From sequence record MK327936.1: a DNA stretch of 64,000 nt; one strand, given 5' to 3'. Source of the stretch: Escherichia phage vB_EcoM_G2540. Under the pieces are notes generated by a model that ran no database searches, was not told the DNA's origin, and saw only the letters and a list, made by a program, of their open reading frames with translations. Of the stretch, positions 53,360-64,000 are shown in pieces. Both the position numbers and the translations under genes were made by a program. Position 1 is the first letter of the stretch; each line of letters starts with the position of its first letter.

Positions 53360-54277
53360 TCAAAATTCATTAATGCTATTAGTTAATTTAGAAAGACCCG
53401 CTTTTACAAAATATGAATAAATTTTGCCACGCGGTGGTAATTTATATGAATTATAGTAATTCACAATGTTTGAAGCAATATTATCAGGAATATAATCAAA
53501 ATCAATTAGAACTAAATTTTCTTTATAACGATTATATTCAGATTCTGTGAGAAGCACCTTAGCTTGCTCACGGTCATTAGCAATAGCTTCAACGATTGAA
53601 GTTTTCATTGAAGGAGTTCGTTCACCTTCAACTTTGGTAAACCAAAAGTCAGATCGTACTTTAACTGAAGCAACGTTATCCTTTTTGTCGCCTTTAAGGA
53701 TTTTAGTCATACAGTCAATTTCAGCAGAACCGCTTTTAATTTTAACCCATTTCTTGTGCATCGGTGACCATTGCTTAACATTTGGATATTTGTGAAGTTG
53801 AGTAAAGTCACCGTCCGATGAAATGATTAAAATCTTATGTCCTTCTAAAGAGAACTTTTTAACAAGAACAGCAATGTGGTCATCTGCTTCATACTTATCA
53901 ATATCCATAACAATGTATGGCATATAAGCTTTCAATTCATCTATAACTTTATGACTGGATTCAAAATAACCTTCCCAGTCCCAAGTAGATTCTTCTCGTG
54001 CTTTTCCACGGTTTTTCTTGTAATAATACGCGAAATCACGACGCCAATATCCAGATTTCGCGTTATCAATACACAGTACAATTTTAGTGTATCCAAGCGT
54101 TTTTGCTTTTTTGACATTAAACTTAATTGAGTTCAATATCAAATGACGAACCATCGATAAATTAATTTTTTCTTTATCTGGGAAGTTTACCAGAGCAGTT
54201 GAAAGAGCAATTTGACTAAAGTCAATAAAGCAAATTCCTTCTTTGTAATCTTCATCCAGCATCATTTCTAAATCCAT
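53360..54277 (-). CDS. rnh: RNase H / 5'-3' flap exonuclease (305 aa)
   Basis: ATG at 54277 gives MDLEMMLDEDYKEG; FEN-family acidic clusters (IVMDIDKYEADDHI, ISSDGDFTQL). Confidence 0.9.
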   Translation of the reverse strand: MDLEMMLDEDYKEGICFIDFSQIALSTALVNFPDKEKINLSMVRHLILNSIKFNVKKAKTLGYTKIVLCIDNAKSGYWRRDFAYYYKKNRGKAREESTWDWEGYFESSHKVIDELKAYMPYIVMDIDKYEADDHIAVLVKKFSLEGHKILIISSDGDFTQLHKYPNVKQWSPMHKKWVKIKSGSAEIDCMTKILKGDKKDNVASVKVRSDFWFTKVEGERTPSMKTSIVEAIANDREQAKVLLTESEYNRYKENLVLIDFDYIPDNIASNIVNYYNSYKLPPRGKIYSYFVKAGLSKLTNSINEF

Positions 54278-54381
54278 ATGAACCTCGTTCAATTAGTGAG
54301 ATTTCTATTATATACTATCTAAATCTTAAAGTAAACAGGTATAAATACTTATTATTGAAAACACAATAGGAGCCCGGGAGA

Positions 54382-57300
54382 ATGGCCGAGATTAAAAGAA
54401 AGTTCAGAGCAGAAGATGGTCTGGACGCAGGTGGCGATAAAATAATCAACGTAGCTTTAGCTGACCGTACCGTAGGAACTGACGGTGTTAACGTTGATTA
54501 CTTAATTCAAGAAAACACAGTTCAGCAATATGATCCAACTCGTGGATATTTAAAAGATTTTGTAATCATTTATAATAATCGTTTTTGGGCAGCAACGGAT
54601 AATATTCCAAAACCTGCTGGAAATTTTAATAGAATTCGTTGGAAAGCATTACGTACTGATGCCGTATATACAACCGTATCATCTGGACCATATCAATTAA
54701 AATCCGGAGAAGCAATTTCAGTAGATACATCAGTTGGCAATGACATTGAGTTTACTTTACCACCTTCTCCGCTTGATGGAGAAACCGTAATAATTCAAGA
54801 TATCGGTGGAAAACCTGGCATAAATCAGGTTAAAATAAATTCTTCAAATCAGAGTATTGTCAATTTTAGAGGTGAACAGGTACGTTCAGTTTTAATGACT
54901 CATCCAAAGTCACAGATGATATTCATTTTTAATAATCGTTTGTGGCAAATGTATGTTGCTGATTATAGCAGAGAAGCTGCGATTGTTACTCCATCGACTG
55001 CGTATCAAGCACAATCTAATGATTTTATCGTACGTAGATTTACTTCTGCTGCACCAATTAATGTTAAACTTCCGAGATTTGCTAATCATGGCGATATTAT
55101 TAATTTCGTTGATTTAGATAAACTGAATCCACTTTATCATACAATTGTTACTACATACGATGAAACGACTTCAGTACAAGAAGTTGGAACTCATTCCATT
55201 GAAGGCCGTACATCGATTGACGGTTTCTTGATGTTTGACGATAATGAGAAATTGTGGAGATTGTTTGACGGGGATAGTAAAGCACGTTTACGCATTATAA
55301 CAACTAATTCAAATATTCGTCCAAATGAAGAAGTCATGGTATTTGGCGCGAATAATGGAACAACCCAAACAATTGAACTTCAGCTTCCGACTGATATTTC
55401 TGTTGGTGATACTGTTAAAATTTCCATGAATTACATGAGAAAAGGACAAACAGTTAAAATCAAAGCTGCTGGTGAAGATAAAATTGCTTCTTCAGTTCAA
55501 TTGCTGCAATTCCCAAAACGTTCAGAATATCCGCCTGAAGCTGAATGGGTAACAGTTCAAGAATTAGTTTTTAATGGTGAAACTAATTATGTACCAGTTT
55601 TGCAACTTGCTTATATAGAAGATTCTGATGGAAAATACTGGGTTGTACAGCAAAACGTTCCAACAGTTGAAAGAGTCGATTCTTTAAATAATTCTACTAG
55701 AGCAAGATTAGGCGTAATTGCTTTAGCTACACAAGCTCAAGCAAATGCTGATTTAGAAAATTCTCCACAAAAAGAATTAGCAATTACTCCAGAAACGTTA
55801 GCTAATCGTACTGCTACTGAAACTCGCAGAGGTATTGCAAGAATAGCAACTACTGCTCAAGTAAATCAGAACACCACATTCTCTTTTGCAGATGACCTTA
55901 TCATCACTCCTAAAAAGCTGAATGAAAGAACTGCTACAGAAACTCGTAGAGGTGTTGCTGAAATTGCTACGCAGCAGGAAACTAATACAGGTATCGATGA
56001 TACTACAATCATCACTCCTAAAAAGCTTCAAGCTCGTCAAGGTTCTGAAACATTATCGGGTATTGTAACTTTTGTATCTACTGCAGGAGCTACTCCAGCT
56101 TCTAGTCGTGAATTAAATGGTACAAATGTTTATAATAAAAACACTAATAATTTAGTTGTTTCACCTAAAGCTTTGGATCAGTATAAAGCTACTCCAACGC
56201 AACAAGGCGCAGTAATTTTAGCAGTTGAAAGTGAAGTAATTGCTGGACAAAGCCAAGAAGGATGGGCAAATGCGGTTGTAACACCAGAAACGTTACATAA
56301 AAAGACATCAACTGATGGAAGAATTGGTTTAATTGAAATTGCTACGCAAAGCGAAGTTAATACAGGAACTGATTATACTCGCGCAGTCACTCCTAAAACT
56401 TTAAATGACCGTAGAGCAACTGAAAGTTTAAGTGGTATAGCTGAAATTGCTACGCAAGTTGAATTCGACGCAGGCGTCGACGATACTCGTATCTCTACAC
56501 CATTAAAAATTAAAACCAGATTTAATAGTACTGATCGTACTTCTGTTGTTGCTCTATCTGGATTAGTTGAATCAGGAACTCTCTGGGACCATTATACCCT
56601 TAATATTCTTGAAGCAAATGAGACACAGCGTGGTACACTTCGTGTAGCTACACAAGTTGAAGCTGCTGCAGGAACATTGGATAATGTTCTAATAACTCCT
56701 AAAAAGCTTTTAGGTACTAAATCTACTGAAGCACAGGAAGGCGTTATTAAAGTTGCAACTCGGTCTGAAACTGTAGCTGGAACGTCAGCAAATACTGCTG
56801 TATCTCCAAAAAATTTAAAATGGATTGTGCAGAGTGAACCTACTTGGGCAGCGACTACTGCGATAAGAGGTTTTGTTAAAACTTCGTCTGGTTCAATTAC
56901 ATTCGTTGGTAATGATACAGCTGGTTCAACACAGCCATTAGAATCATATGAGAAAAATGGTTATGCAGTATCACCATATGAATTAAATCGCGTATTAGCA
57001 AATTATTTGCCATTAAAAGCAAAAGCCGTAGATAGTAATTTATTAGATGGTCTAGATTCGCTCCAGTTCATTCGTAGGGACATTGCACAAACAGTTAATG
57101 GTTCACTAACCTTAACCCAACAAACGAATCTGAGTGCCCCTCTTGTATCATCTAGTACTGCTACATTCGGTGGATCAGTTTCAGCAAATAGTACATTAAC
57201 TATTTCTAATACTGGAACGGCAACTCGTCTGATTTTTGAGAAAGGACCTCAAACTGGAACAAACCCGGCTCAAACGATGACAGTCAGAGTGTGGGGAAAT

Positions 57301-58251
57301 CAATTTAGCGGGGAATCAGACACAACACGTTCTACCGTATTTGAAGTTAGTGATGAAACGTCTAGTCATTTTTATTCTCAGCGTAATAAAGCTGGAAATA
57401 TAACATTTAATATCAACGGTACAGTAACACCGATAAATGTTAATGCTTCAGGAACATTGAATGCAAATGGTGTAGCAACATTTGGTAATTCAGTCACTGC
57501 AACTGGTGAAATTATTTCTCGAAGCGCAAATGCTTTCCGTGCTATTAACGGAAATTATGGTTTCATTGTTCGCAATGATGGATCAGTAACGAATTTTATG
57601 CTTACTGCATCGGGTGATCAGACTGGTGGATTTAATGGATTACGTCCAGTATCAATTAATAATCAATCTGGTCAGGTTACAATTGGTGAAAGCTTAATCA
57701 TTGCAAAAGGTGCTACTATAAGTTCAGGCGGTTTAACTGTTAACTCGAGAATTCGTTCTCAAGGTACTAAAACTTCTGATTTATACACTCGCGCACCAAC
57801 ATCTGATACAGTAGGATTCTGGTCAATTGATATTAATGATTCAGCCACTTATAATCAATTCCCTGGTTATTTTAAAATGGTTGAAAAAACTAATGAAGTG
57901 ACTGGTCTTCCATATTTAGAACGTGGCGAAGAAGTTAAATCTCCTGGTACATTGACTCAGTTTGGTAACACACTTGATTCACTTTACCAAGATTGGATTA
58001 CTTATCCAACGACCCCAGAAGCACGTACCACTCGCTGGACACGTACATGGCAGAAAACCAAAAACTCTTGGTCAAGTTTTGTTCAGGTATTTGACGGAGG
58101 TAACCCTCCTCAACCTTCAGATATAGGAGCGATCCCATCTGATAATGGAATAATAGGTAATCTTACTATTCGCGATTTCTTGCGAATTGGTAATGTTCGC
58201 ATTATTCCTGACCCAGTGAATAAAACTGTTAAATTTGAGTGGATTGAATAA
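54382..58251 (+). CDS. 34: Long tail fibre proximal subunit gp34 (1289 aa)
   Basis: 1289 aa as T4 gp34; internal repeated motif TATETRRG(I/V)A(E/R)IAT; late promoter at 54340-54347. Confidence 0.95.
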   Translation: MAEIKRKFRAEDGLDAGGDKIINVALADRTVGTDGVNVDYLIQENTVQQYDPTRGYLKDFVIIYNNRFWAATDNIPKPAGNFNRIRWKALRTDAVYTTVSSGPYQLKSGEAISVDTSVGNDIEFTLPPSPLDGETVIIQDIGGKPGINQVKINSSNQSIVNFRGEQVRSVLMTHPKSQMIFIFNNRLWQMYVADYSREAAIVTPSTAYQAQSNDFIVRRFTSAAPINVKLPRFANHGDIINFVDLDKLNPLYHTIVTTYDETTSVQEVGTHSIEGRTSIDGFLMFDDNEKLWRLFDGDSKARLRIITTNSNIRPNEEVMVFGANNGTTQTIELQLPTDISVGDTVKISMNYMRKGQTVKIKAAGEDKIASSVQLLQFPKRSEYPPEAEWVTVQELVFNGETNYVPVLQLAYIEDSDGKYWVVQQNVPTVERVDSLNNSTRARLGVIALATQAQANADLENSPQKELAITPETLANRTATETRRGIARIATTAQVNQNTTFSFADDLIITPKKLNERTATETRRGVAEIATQQETNTGIDDTTIITPKKLQARQGSETLSGIVTFVSTAGATPASSRELNGTNVYNKNTNNLVVSPKALDQYKATPTQQGAVILAVESEVIAGQSQEGWANAVVTPETLHKKTSTDGRIGLIEIATQSEVNTGTDYTRAVTPKTLNDRRATESLSGIAEIATQVEFDAGVDDTRISTPLKIKTRFNSTDRTSVVALSGLVESGTLWDHYTLNILEANETQRGTLRVATQVEAAAGTLDNVLITPKKLLGTKSTEAQEGVIKVATRSETVAGTSANTAVSPKNLKWIVQSEPTWAATTAIRGFVKTSSGSITFVGNDTAGSTQPLESYEKNGYAVSPYELNRVLANYLPLKAKAVDSNLLDGLDSLQFIRRDIAQTVNGSLTLTQQTNLSAPLVSSSTATFGGSVSANSTLTISNTGTATRLIFEKGPQTGTNPAQTMTVRVWGNQFSGESDTTRSTVFEVSDETSSHFYSQRNKAGNITFNINGTVTPINVNASGTLNANGVATFGNSVTATGEIISRSANAFRAINGNYGFIVRNDGSVTNFMLTASGDQTGGFNGLRPVSINNQSGQVTIGESLIIAKGATISSGGLTVNSRIRSQGTKTSDLYTRAPTSDTVGFWSIDINDSATYNQFPGYFKMVEKTNEVTGLPYLERGEEVKSPGTLTQFGNTLDSLYQDWITYPTTPEARTTRWTRTWQKTKNSWSSFVQVFDGGNPPQPSDIGAIPSDNGIIGNLTIRDFLRIGNVRIIPDPVNKTVKFEWIE

Positions 58252-58259
58252 GAGGTATT

Positions 58260-59375
58260 ATGGAAAAATTTATGGCAGAGTTTGGACAAGGATATGTCCA
58301 AACGCCATTTTTATCGGAAAGCAATTCAGTAAGATATAAAATAAGCATAGCGGGTTCTTGCCCGCTTTCTACTGCGGGGCCATATGTTAAATTTCAGGAT
58401 AATCCCGTTGGAAATCAAACATTTAGTGCAGGTCTTCATTTAAGAGTTTTTGACCCTTCTACGGGAGCATTAGTTGATAGCAAGTCATATGCTTTTTCTG
58501 CTTCAAACAATACAACATCTGCCGCTTTTGTTAGTTTCATGAATTCTTTGTCAAACAATAGACTTGTTGCTATATTAACTAGCGGAAAGGTTAATTTTCC
58601 TCCTGAAGTGGTATCTTGGTTAAGGGGAGCAGGAACTTCAGTTTTTCCATCAGATTCAGTATTGTCAAGATTTGACGTATCATATGCTGCTTTTTATACT
58701 TCTTCTAAAAGAGCTATTGCATTAGAGCATGTTAAACTAAGTAATAGAAAAAGCACAGATGATTATCAAACTATTTTAGATGTTGTATTTGATAGTTTAG
58801 AAGACGTCGGAGCGACAGGATTTCCAAAAAGAACTTATGAAAGTGTCGAGCAATTCATGTCAGCAGTTGGTGGAACTAATAACGAAATTGCGCGATTGCC
58901 AACTTCAGCTGCTATAAGTAAACTTTCTGACTATAATTTAATTCCTGGTGATGTTCTTTATCTTAAAGCACAGTTATATGCTGATGCTGATTTACTTGAT
59001 CTTGGAACTACAAACATATCCATTCGTTTTTATGATGCATCAAATGGATATATTTCCTCGACCCAAGCTGAGTTTACTGGGCAAGCTGGGTCTTGGGAAT
59101 TAAAAGAAGACTATGTAGTTGTTCCAGAAAACGCCGTAGGATTTACGATATATGCACAAAGAACTGCTCAAGCAGGTCAAGGCGGCATGAGAAATTTAAG
59201 TTTTTCTGAAGTATCAAGAAATGGCGGCATTTCAAAACCTGCCGAATTTGGCGTCAACGGTATTCGCGTTAATTATGTCTGTGAATCGGCTTCACCTCCA
59301 GATATAATGGTACTTCCTACACAAGCCTCTTCTAAAACTGGCAAAGTGTTTGGACAGGAATTTAGAGAAGTTTAA
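58260..59375 (+). CDS. 35: Long tail fibre hinge (knee) protein gp35 (371 aa)
   Basis: 371 aa, N-terminus MEKFMAEFGQGYVQTPFLSESNSVRYK as T4 gp35. Confidence 0.9.
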   Translation: MEKFMAEFGQGYVQTPFLSESNSVRYKISIAGSCPLSTAGPYVKFQDNPVGNQTFSAGLHLRVFDPSTGALVDSKSYAFSASNNTTSAAFVSFMNSLSNNRLVAILTSGKVNFPPEVVSWLRGAGTSVFPSDSVLSRFDVSYAAFYTSSKRAIALEHVKLSNRKSTDDYQTILDVVFDSLEDVGATGFPKRTYESVEQFMSAVGGTNNEIARLPTSAAISKLSDYNLIPGDVLYLKAQLYADADLLDLGTTNISIRFYDASNGYISSTQAEFTGQAGSWELKEDYVVVPENAVGFTIYAQRTAQAGQGGMRNLSFSEVSRNGGISKPAEFGVNGIRVNYVCESASPPDIMVLPTQASSKTGKVFGQEFREV

Positions 59376-59380
59376 ACTGA

Positions 59381-59398
59381 GGGAGCCTTCGGGTTCCC
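59381..59398 (+). terminator. Stem-loop after gene 35
   Basis: GGGAGCC-TTCG-GGTTCCC followed by TTTTTCTTT. Confidence 0.6.
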
Positions 59399-59437
59399 TT
59401 TTTCTTTATAAATAATATTAAAATAAAGGGGCATATA

Positions 59438-60088
59438 ATGGCTGATTTAAAAGTAGGTTCAACTGTAGGTGGATCTGTCATTTGGCATCAAGGAAATTTT
59501 CCATTGAATTCAGCCGGTGACGATGTACTCTACAAATCATTTAAAATATATTCAGAATATAATAAACCGCAGGCAGCTGATAACGATTTCGTTTCTAAAG
59601 CTAATGGTGGTACTTACACCGGTCCAATTACTATTAATTACGGGGTAAATAGTTATCTTCAATTAAGTAATAATGAAACCCCCATCCGAATTCGTTCTGG
59701 TGGCGGCACTGGTAATACTCTTGTAGTTGGTGGCTCTTCTGGCGGTATTAGTTTTAGACCAGCAGGTAGTGAAATCACTACTGGACAAATTACTATTACG
59801 CCAGAAGGTTTGACAACATTTACCAAAGCTGTAACGGCTCCATCTGTAACTGTTACATCTACTCCTTCCGCAGCATCTGATGTTACTCGCAAAGATTATG
59901 TTGATGGAGCAATAAATACTGTTACAGCAAATGCAAACTCTAGGGTATTACGCTCTGGAGACACTATGACAGGAAATTTAACTGCGCCAAACCTTTTTTC
60001 ACAGAATCCTGCATCTCAACCTTCACACGTTCCACGATTTGACCAAATCGTAATTAAGGATTCTGTTCAAGATTTCGGCTATTATTAA
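59438..60088 (+). CDS. 36: Long tail fibre distal connector gp36 (216 aa)
   Basis: 216 aa; late promoter TATAAATA at 59407-59414. Confidence 0.9.
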   Translation: MADLKVGSTVGGSVIWHQGNFPLNSAGDDVLYKSFKIYSEYNKPQAADNDFVSKANGGTYTGPITINYGVNSYLQLSNNETPIRIRSGGGTGNTLVVGGSSGGISFRPAGSEITTGQITITPEGLTTFTKAVTAPSVTVTSTPSAASDVTRKDYVDGAINTVTANANSRVLRSGDTMTGNLTAPNLFSQNPASQPSHVPRFDQIVIKDSVQDFGYY

Positions 60089-60096
60089 GAGGACTT

Positions 60097-63045
60097 ATGG
60101 CTACTTTAAAACAAATACAATTTAAAAGAAGCAAAACTGCAGGTCAACGTCCTGCTGCTTCAGTATTAGCCGAAGGTGAATTGGCTATAAACTTAAAAGA
60201 TAAAACAATTTTCACAAAAGATGACTCAGGCAGTGTTATAGAATTAGGTTTAAAATATGGAGGAACAATTGATGGTTCTTTAACTGTTAATGGAAATATA
60301 ATTGGAAATTTAACAGGTAACGCTGCAACTGCAACGAAATTAAAAACAGCACGAAAAATTAATGGTATATCCTTTGATGGGTCAAAAGATATCACGCTAA
60401 CTCCATCTGACATAAATGTCAATAGCACAACGTTTATAAAAAATAATGGCGAATTACCTGTTGATGCTAATTTAGATACGTATGGGCCTGTTGAAGAATA
60501 TCTTGGAGTTTGGTCGAAAGCAACTTCAACCAACGCTCAACCAGCAAATAAATTTCCAGAAGAAAATGCTGTAGGTGTGCTAGAAGTATTTGTGGCCGGT
60601 CAATTTGCTGGTACTCAGAGATATACAACTAGATACGGAAATGTTTATATTCGTTCCTTGACTGCTACATGGAACGGAGTAAATGGTCCGTGGAGTGTGT
60701 GGCGAAATATTCAATCCGGTACTCGTCCACTGTCAACAACAATTGATCTTAATGATCTAGGAGGCGCTGAACACTTTGGTTTGTGGCGAAATAGTTCAAA
60801 TTCCATTGCTACCTTTGACAGAAATTTCCCAGAAGAGGGGTCGTCAGCTCAAGGTCTTTTGGAAGTATATGAAGGTGGAAACTATTCTCGTACACAAAGA
60901 TATACAACCAGATTTGGTGTTGTATATACTCGTTGTCTTGCTGCCGCGTGGGATGCTTCCGCGCCTAAATGGGGACCGTGGCAACAAGTCGGTAATGTCA
61001 CACCAGCGACTTTCTATGACGGAGATCTGAATGATTTTAAAACCCCTGGGTTATATAATATTTTAGGCACTGATGCCGTTATTAACTGTCCTACAGGTGA
61101 AGGTTTGCCGACTGTTATTGTTGGTTTGCTGGAAGTTAAACAACGTGCTTCTGGCGGTGCTATTTTCCAAAAATTTACTACTGCCGGAACGGGTGCAACT
61201 ACTCGCGATCGTATTTTTGAGCGTGCATATACTGGTGGTGTGTGGGGTGCATGGAACGAAGTATATACATCTTACTCTCTGCCAATTACTTTAGGTATGG
61301 GTGGTATTAAAACTCAATTAGCGGAGCTAGATTGGCAAACATTTGATTTTGTTCCTGGTAGTATGTTTAGCGTTCCTTTGAACAAAATAAAGAACATGCC
61401 AGCTAATATGAATTGGGGCACGATTGACGGAAACTTAATTATGTTTTCTGTTGGTCCTAGCGAGCACACCAGCACAGGACGTACTGTTCAGGTTTGGCGT
61501 GGAACTGTATCCCAGACAAACTATCGTTATTTTGTCGTTCGTGTGTTCGGTAATTCTGGAAATAGAACTTGCACAGTTCGCCGTGTTGTTCTTGAAGATG
61601 GATCACATACTTGGACTGCTCAACAAAACTTTAGGGGATTGTTGAATATCACTGCTGCTGTTAATCTTGGTGCTAATCAGAAAATTTCACTTGCTCCAGG
61701 AGCATATATTCAAGCCCCTGCTAGCGGTTCTGGTTCTAATACTTACGCGAATCAGAATACTACCATTGCACCATTATATCAGGCCATTGACGATTCAAAT
61801 AAAAACCAGTTTGCGCCAATTGTTAAACAGAAAAACACTGTAACAAATATTACTATGGCTTCTGGTATGGATATTGCTAGTTCAGAATATCGTATCGTTG
61901 CTCAGGGTGATTTATCCGCTACTGGAACTACAGCCACTAAATTAGCTACATGGCGTTTCTTGCCGTCTGGCCGATTCATGTCACAAAGCCGAGTTTATGC
62001 TGGCGCAGCATTCTTGAACACTGATGGTAACATTGCTGGTTCAATCTGGAAGAAATACAACGATGCAACCAATTTAGATGCTGCCTTGAATACTCGCCTA
62101 GGTAAAGGCGGTGATACGATGACAGGTCGGTTAACAATCAATGCACCTAATGATTCTATCGTATTATCAACAACTGCTAGTAATTCTTTGCATATTCGCG
62201 GTGACATAGACGGGACTGGTAACTGGTATATTGGCAAGGGTGGTGCTGATAATTCGCTAGCATTTTATAGCTATGCTACTCAGGCGGCAGTACATATCAC
62301 AAACAATGGTGAGATTTCGCTAAATCCACAAAATATCGCAATGGTTAACGTTAACCGCGATCGTGTACACATTAACGGTTCTGGATGGATTGCTAGACAA
62401 CCGGGTGATTGGGGCAACCAATGGCGAGTAGAAGCTCCATTATTCGTCGATCATGGTTATGTTTCACAGGATTGTTATTATCCAATTATTAAAGGAAGAA
62501 GTGTAATCACCAATCAAGGGTTTGTAACTGCCGTCGATCTTGGTATTCGTCGTGTCCCTAACAATTGGGGGCAAGCAATTATTCGTGTTGGATCTGCAGA
62601 GGCATCGCCAGCGGCTGAACACCCTAACGCGGTATTTGAATTTCATTACGACGGTACTTTCTATTCTCCTGGTAATGGTAACTTTAACGATGTGTATATT
62701 CGTTCCGATGGTCGTCTTAAGATTAATAAAAAAGAGCTAGAAAACGGAGCACTTGAAAAAGTATGTCGACTGAAAGTTTATATTTACGATAAAGTTAAGT
62801 CTATTAAAGACCGTAGTGTTATTAAACGTGAAGTTGGTATTATTGCTCAGGACCTTGAAAAGGAATTACCGGAAGCTGTATCTAAAGTTGAAGTTGATGG
62901 ATCTGATGTTCTGACAATTTCTAACTCTGCTGTGAATGCTCTTTTAATTAAGGCTATTCAGGAAATGAGTGAAGAAATTAAAGAATTGAAAACGCCTCTC
63001 TTTACTAAAATTGCTCGCAAAATTAGTAAATATTTTAAATTCTAA
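60097..63045 (+). CDS. 37: Long tail fibre distal subunit gp37 (982 aa), T2-type with C-terminal chaperone-like domain
   Basis: N-terminus [35 protein letters not shown] conserved; C-terminal ~120 aa coiled-coil segment typical of cleaved intramolecular chaperone domains. Confidence 0.9.
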   Translation: MATLKQIQFKRSKTAGQRPAASVLAEGELAINLKDKTIFTKDDSGSVIELGLKYGGTIDGSLTVNGNIIGNLTGNAATATKLKTARKINGISFDGSKDITLTPSDINVNSTTFIKNNGELPVDANLDTYGPVEEYLGVWSKATSTNAQPANKFPEENAVGVLEVFVAGQFAGTQRYTTRYGNVYIRSLTATWNGVNGPWSVWRNIQSGTRPLSTTIDLNDLGGAEHFGLWRNSSNSIATFDRNFPEEGSSAQGLLEVYEGGNYSRTQRYTTRFGVVYTRCLAAAWDASAPKWGPWQQVGNVTPATFYDGDLNDFKTPGLYNILGTDAVINCPTGEGLPTVIVGLLEVKQRASGGAIFQKFTTAGTGATTRDRIFERAYTGGVWGAWNEVYTSYSLPITLGMGGIKTQLAELDWQTFDFVPGSMFSVPLNKIKNMPANMNWGTIDGNLIMFSVGPSEHTSTGRTVQVWRGTVSQTNYRYFVVRVFGNSGNRTCTVRRVVLEDGSHTWTAQQNFRGLLNITAAVNLGANQKISLAPGAYIQAPASGSGSNTYANQNTTIAPLYQAIDDSNKNQFAPIVKQKNTVTNITMASGMDIASSEYRIVAQGDLSATGTTATKLATWRFLPSGRFMSQSRVYAGAAFLNTDGNIAGSIWKKYNDATNLDAALNTRLGKGGDTMTGRLTINAPNDSIVLSTTASNSLHIRGDIDGTGNWYIGKGGADNSLAFYSYATQAAVHITNNGEISLNPQNIAMVNVNRDRVHINGSGWIARQPGDWGNQWRVEAPLFVDHGYVSQDCYYPIIKGRSVITNQGFVTAVDLGIRRVPNNWGQAIIRVGSAEASPAAEHPNAVFEFHYDGTFYSPGNGNFNDVYIRSDGRLKINKKELENGALEKVCRLKVYIYDKVKSIKDRSVIKREVGIIAQDLEKELPEAVSKVEVDGSDVLTISNSAVNALLIKAIQEMSEEIKELKTPLFTKIARKISKYFKF

Positions 63046-63051
63046 CAACAA

Positions 63052-63066
63052 GGGGGAAATGCCCCC
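63052..63066 (+). terminator. Stem-loop after gene 37
   Basis: GGGGG-AAATG-CCCCC followed by TTTGG. Confidence 0.5.
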
Positions 63067-63081
63067 TTTGGAGTATAAATT

Positions 63082-63861
63082 ATGGCAGTAGTTGGTGTTC
63101 CTGGTTGGATTGGAAGTTCAGCCGCAAATGAAACAGGACAGCGCTGGATGAGTCAAGCGGCTGGTCAATTAAGATTGGGTGTTCCTTGCTGGATGAGTCA
63201 ATTTGCAGGTCGCTCACGAGAAATTATTCACACGCTTGGAGCAGACCATAACTTCAATGGTCAATGGTTCCGAGATAGATGTTTTGAGGCAGGTAGTGCA
63301 CCTATAGTGTTTAATATCACCGGAAATTTAGTATCATATAGTAAAGATGTTCCTTTATTCTTTATGTACGGCGATACGCCAAATGAATATGTTACTTTGA
63401 ATATTCATGGTGGAGTTCATATGTGGGGACGAGGTGGTAACGGTACTGTAAACGGAAACCCAGGCACAAATGGCGGCGATGTAATCCAAAATGATATCGG
63501 CGGAAGACTTCGTATTTGGAACTATGGCGTTATTGCATCAGGCGGTGGCGGTGGCGGTGCAGTGTCATTACAGAATAGCTGGGCGCCAAATGCTACAGCA
63601 GGTGGCGGCGGTGGTAGACCATTTGGCATCGGCGGTGGCGGCGTTAATTGGCCAGGTGGTAATGCTAGTTATGACGCGCCTGGTGGTGCCGGTTACACTT
63701 CCCAATTCGGCGGTGGTAATGGTGGCGATGCTGGGGGTCGGGGCGGAGATGGATGGGGTAATCACTTATCTAGATCTGGCGGTGGTGCTCCTGGCAGAGC
63801 AGTATTCGGAAGTTCACCGTCATGGGGTGCTACAGGCACAATCTACGGCTCCTGGATTTAA
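63082..63861 (+). CDS. 38: Receptor-recognising tail fibre tip adhesin gp38, T2-type (259 aa) with glycine-rich motifs
   Basis: 259 aa; Gly runs ([37 protein letters not shown]) separated by variable segments; much longer than the 183-aa T4-type gp38 chaperone. Confidence 0.85.
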   Translation: MAVVGVPGWIGSSAANETGQRWMSQAAGQLRLGVPCWMSQFAGRSREIIHTLGADHNFNGQWFRDRCFEAGSAPIVFNITGNLVSYSKDVPLFFMYGDTPNEYVTLNIHGGVHMWGRGGNGTVNGNPGTNGGDVIQNDIGGRLRIWNYGVIASGGGGGGAVSLQNSWAPNATAGGGGGRPFGIGGGGVNWPGGNASYDAPGGAGYTSQFGGGNGGDAGGRGGDGWGNHLSRSGGGAPGRAVFGSSPSWGATGTIYGSWI

Positions 63862-63907
63862 ACGATAATACCCTCTCAATTATAAATATTGATAAATGGG
63901 AGGTAAT

Positions 63908-64000
63908 ATGGCAGCACCAAAAGTATCATTTTCGCCTAGTGATATTTTATTTGGGTTGCTAGACCGCATTTTCAAAGATAACGCCTCTGGAAATATTCTT
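63908..64000 (+). CDS. t: Holin T, N-terminal fragment (continues past window end)
   Basis: MAAPKVSFSPSDILFGLLDRIFKDNASGNIL resembles T4 holin N-terminus; late promoter at 63881-63888. Confidence 0.8.
   Translation, partial: MAAPKVSFSPSDILFGLLDRIFKDNASGNIL

Noticed and set aside
63530-63790. Short GGTGGCGG-type direct repeats that could resemble a repeat array
   Set aside because: They are irregularly spaced glycine codons inside the gp38 coding frame, not a CRISPR repeat-spacer structure.
63491-63868. 125-aa plus-strand ORF and 65-aa minus-strand ORF overlapping gene 38
   Set aside because: Alternative-frame readings of the GGTGGCGGTGGC glycine codon repeats of gp38; no independent start signals.

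Overview
This window is a contiguous segment of a T4-like (Tevenvirinae, Tequatrovirus-type) myovirus genome, annotated from recall of phage T4 proteins and direct reading of the sequence; no database search was run. It runs from the 3' end of gene 17 (large terminase) through the tail sheath/tube, portal, prohead core, protease, scaffold and major capsid genes (18-24), rnlB, hoc, inh, uvsW, uvsY, the baseplate hub/wedge genes (25, 26, 51, 27, 28, 29, 48, 54), two tandem alt ADP-ribosyltransferase paralogs, DNA ligase (30) and the 30.x block, rIII, 31, cd and cd.x, pseT, a spanin pair, alc, rnlA, denA, nrdB, mobE, nrdA, intron-split td with I-TevI, frd, gene 32, a seg-like endonuclease, 59, 33, dsbA, rnh, and the long tail fibre genes 34-38 to the start of holin t. 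Most proteins look near-identical to T4, but this is not plain T4: Hoc carries an extra tandem Ig-like domain, nrdB is intronless, and genes 37/38 are of the T2 type (Gly-rich gp38 adhesin). I found no CRISPR array, tRNA or rRNA gene, and no compelling evidence of a wholly undescribed system. The best leads are the alt duplication, the HAD-phosphatase/NADAR pair next to DNA ligase, the uncharacterised small-ORF blocks, and one unusually long structured intergenic region near rIII. Several six-frame ORFs begin at upstream TTG/GTG or early ATG codons; I trimmed these to the ATG that matches the known T4 N-terminus and has a Shine-Dalgarno sequence.
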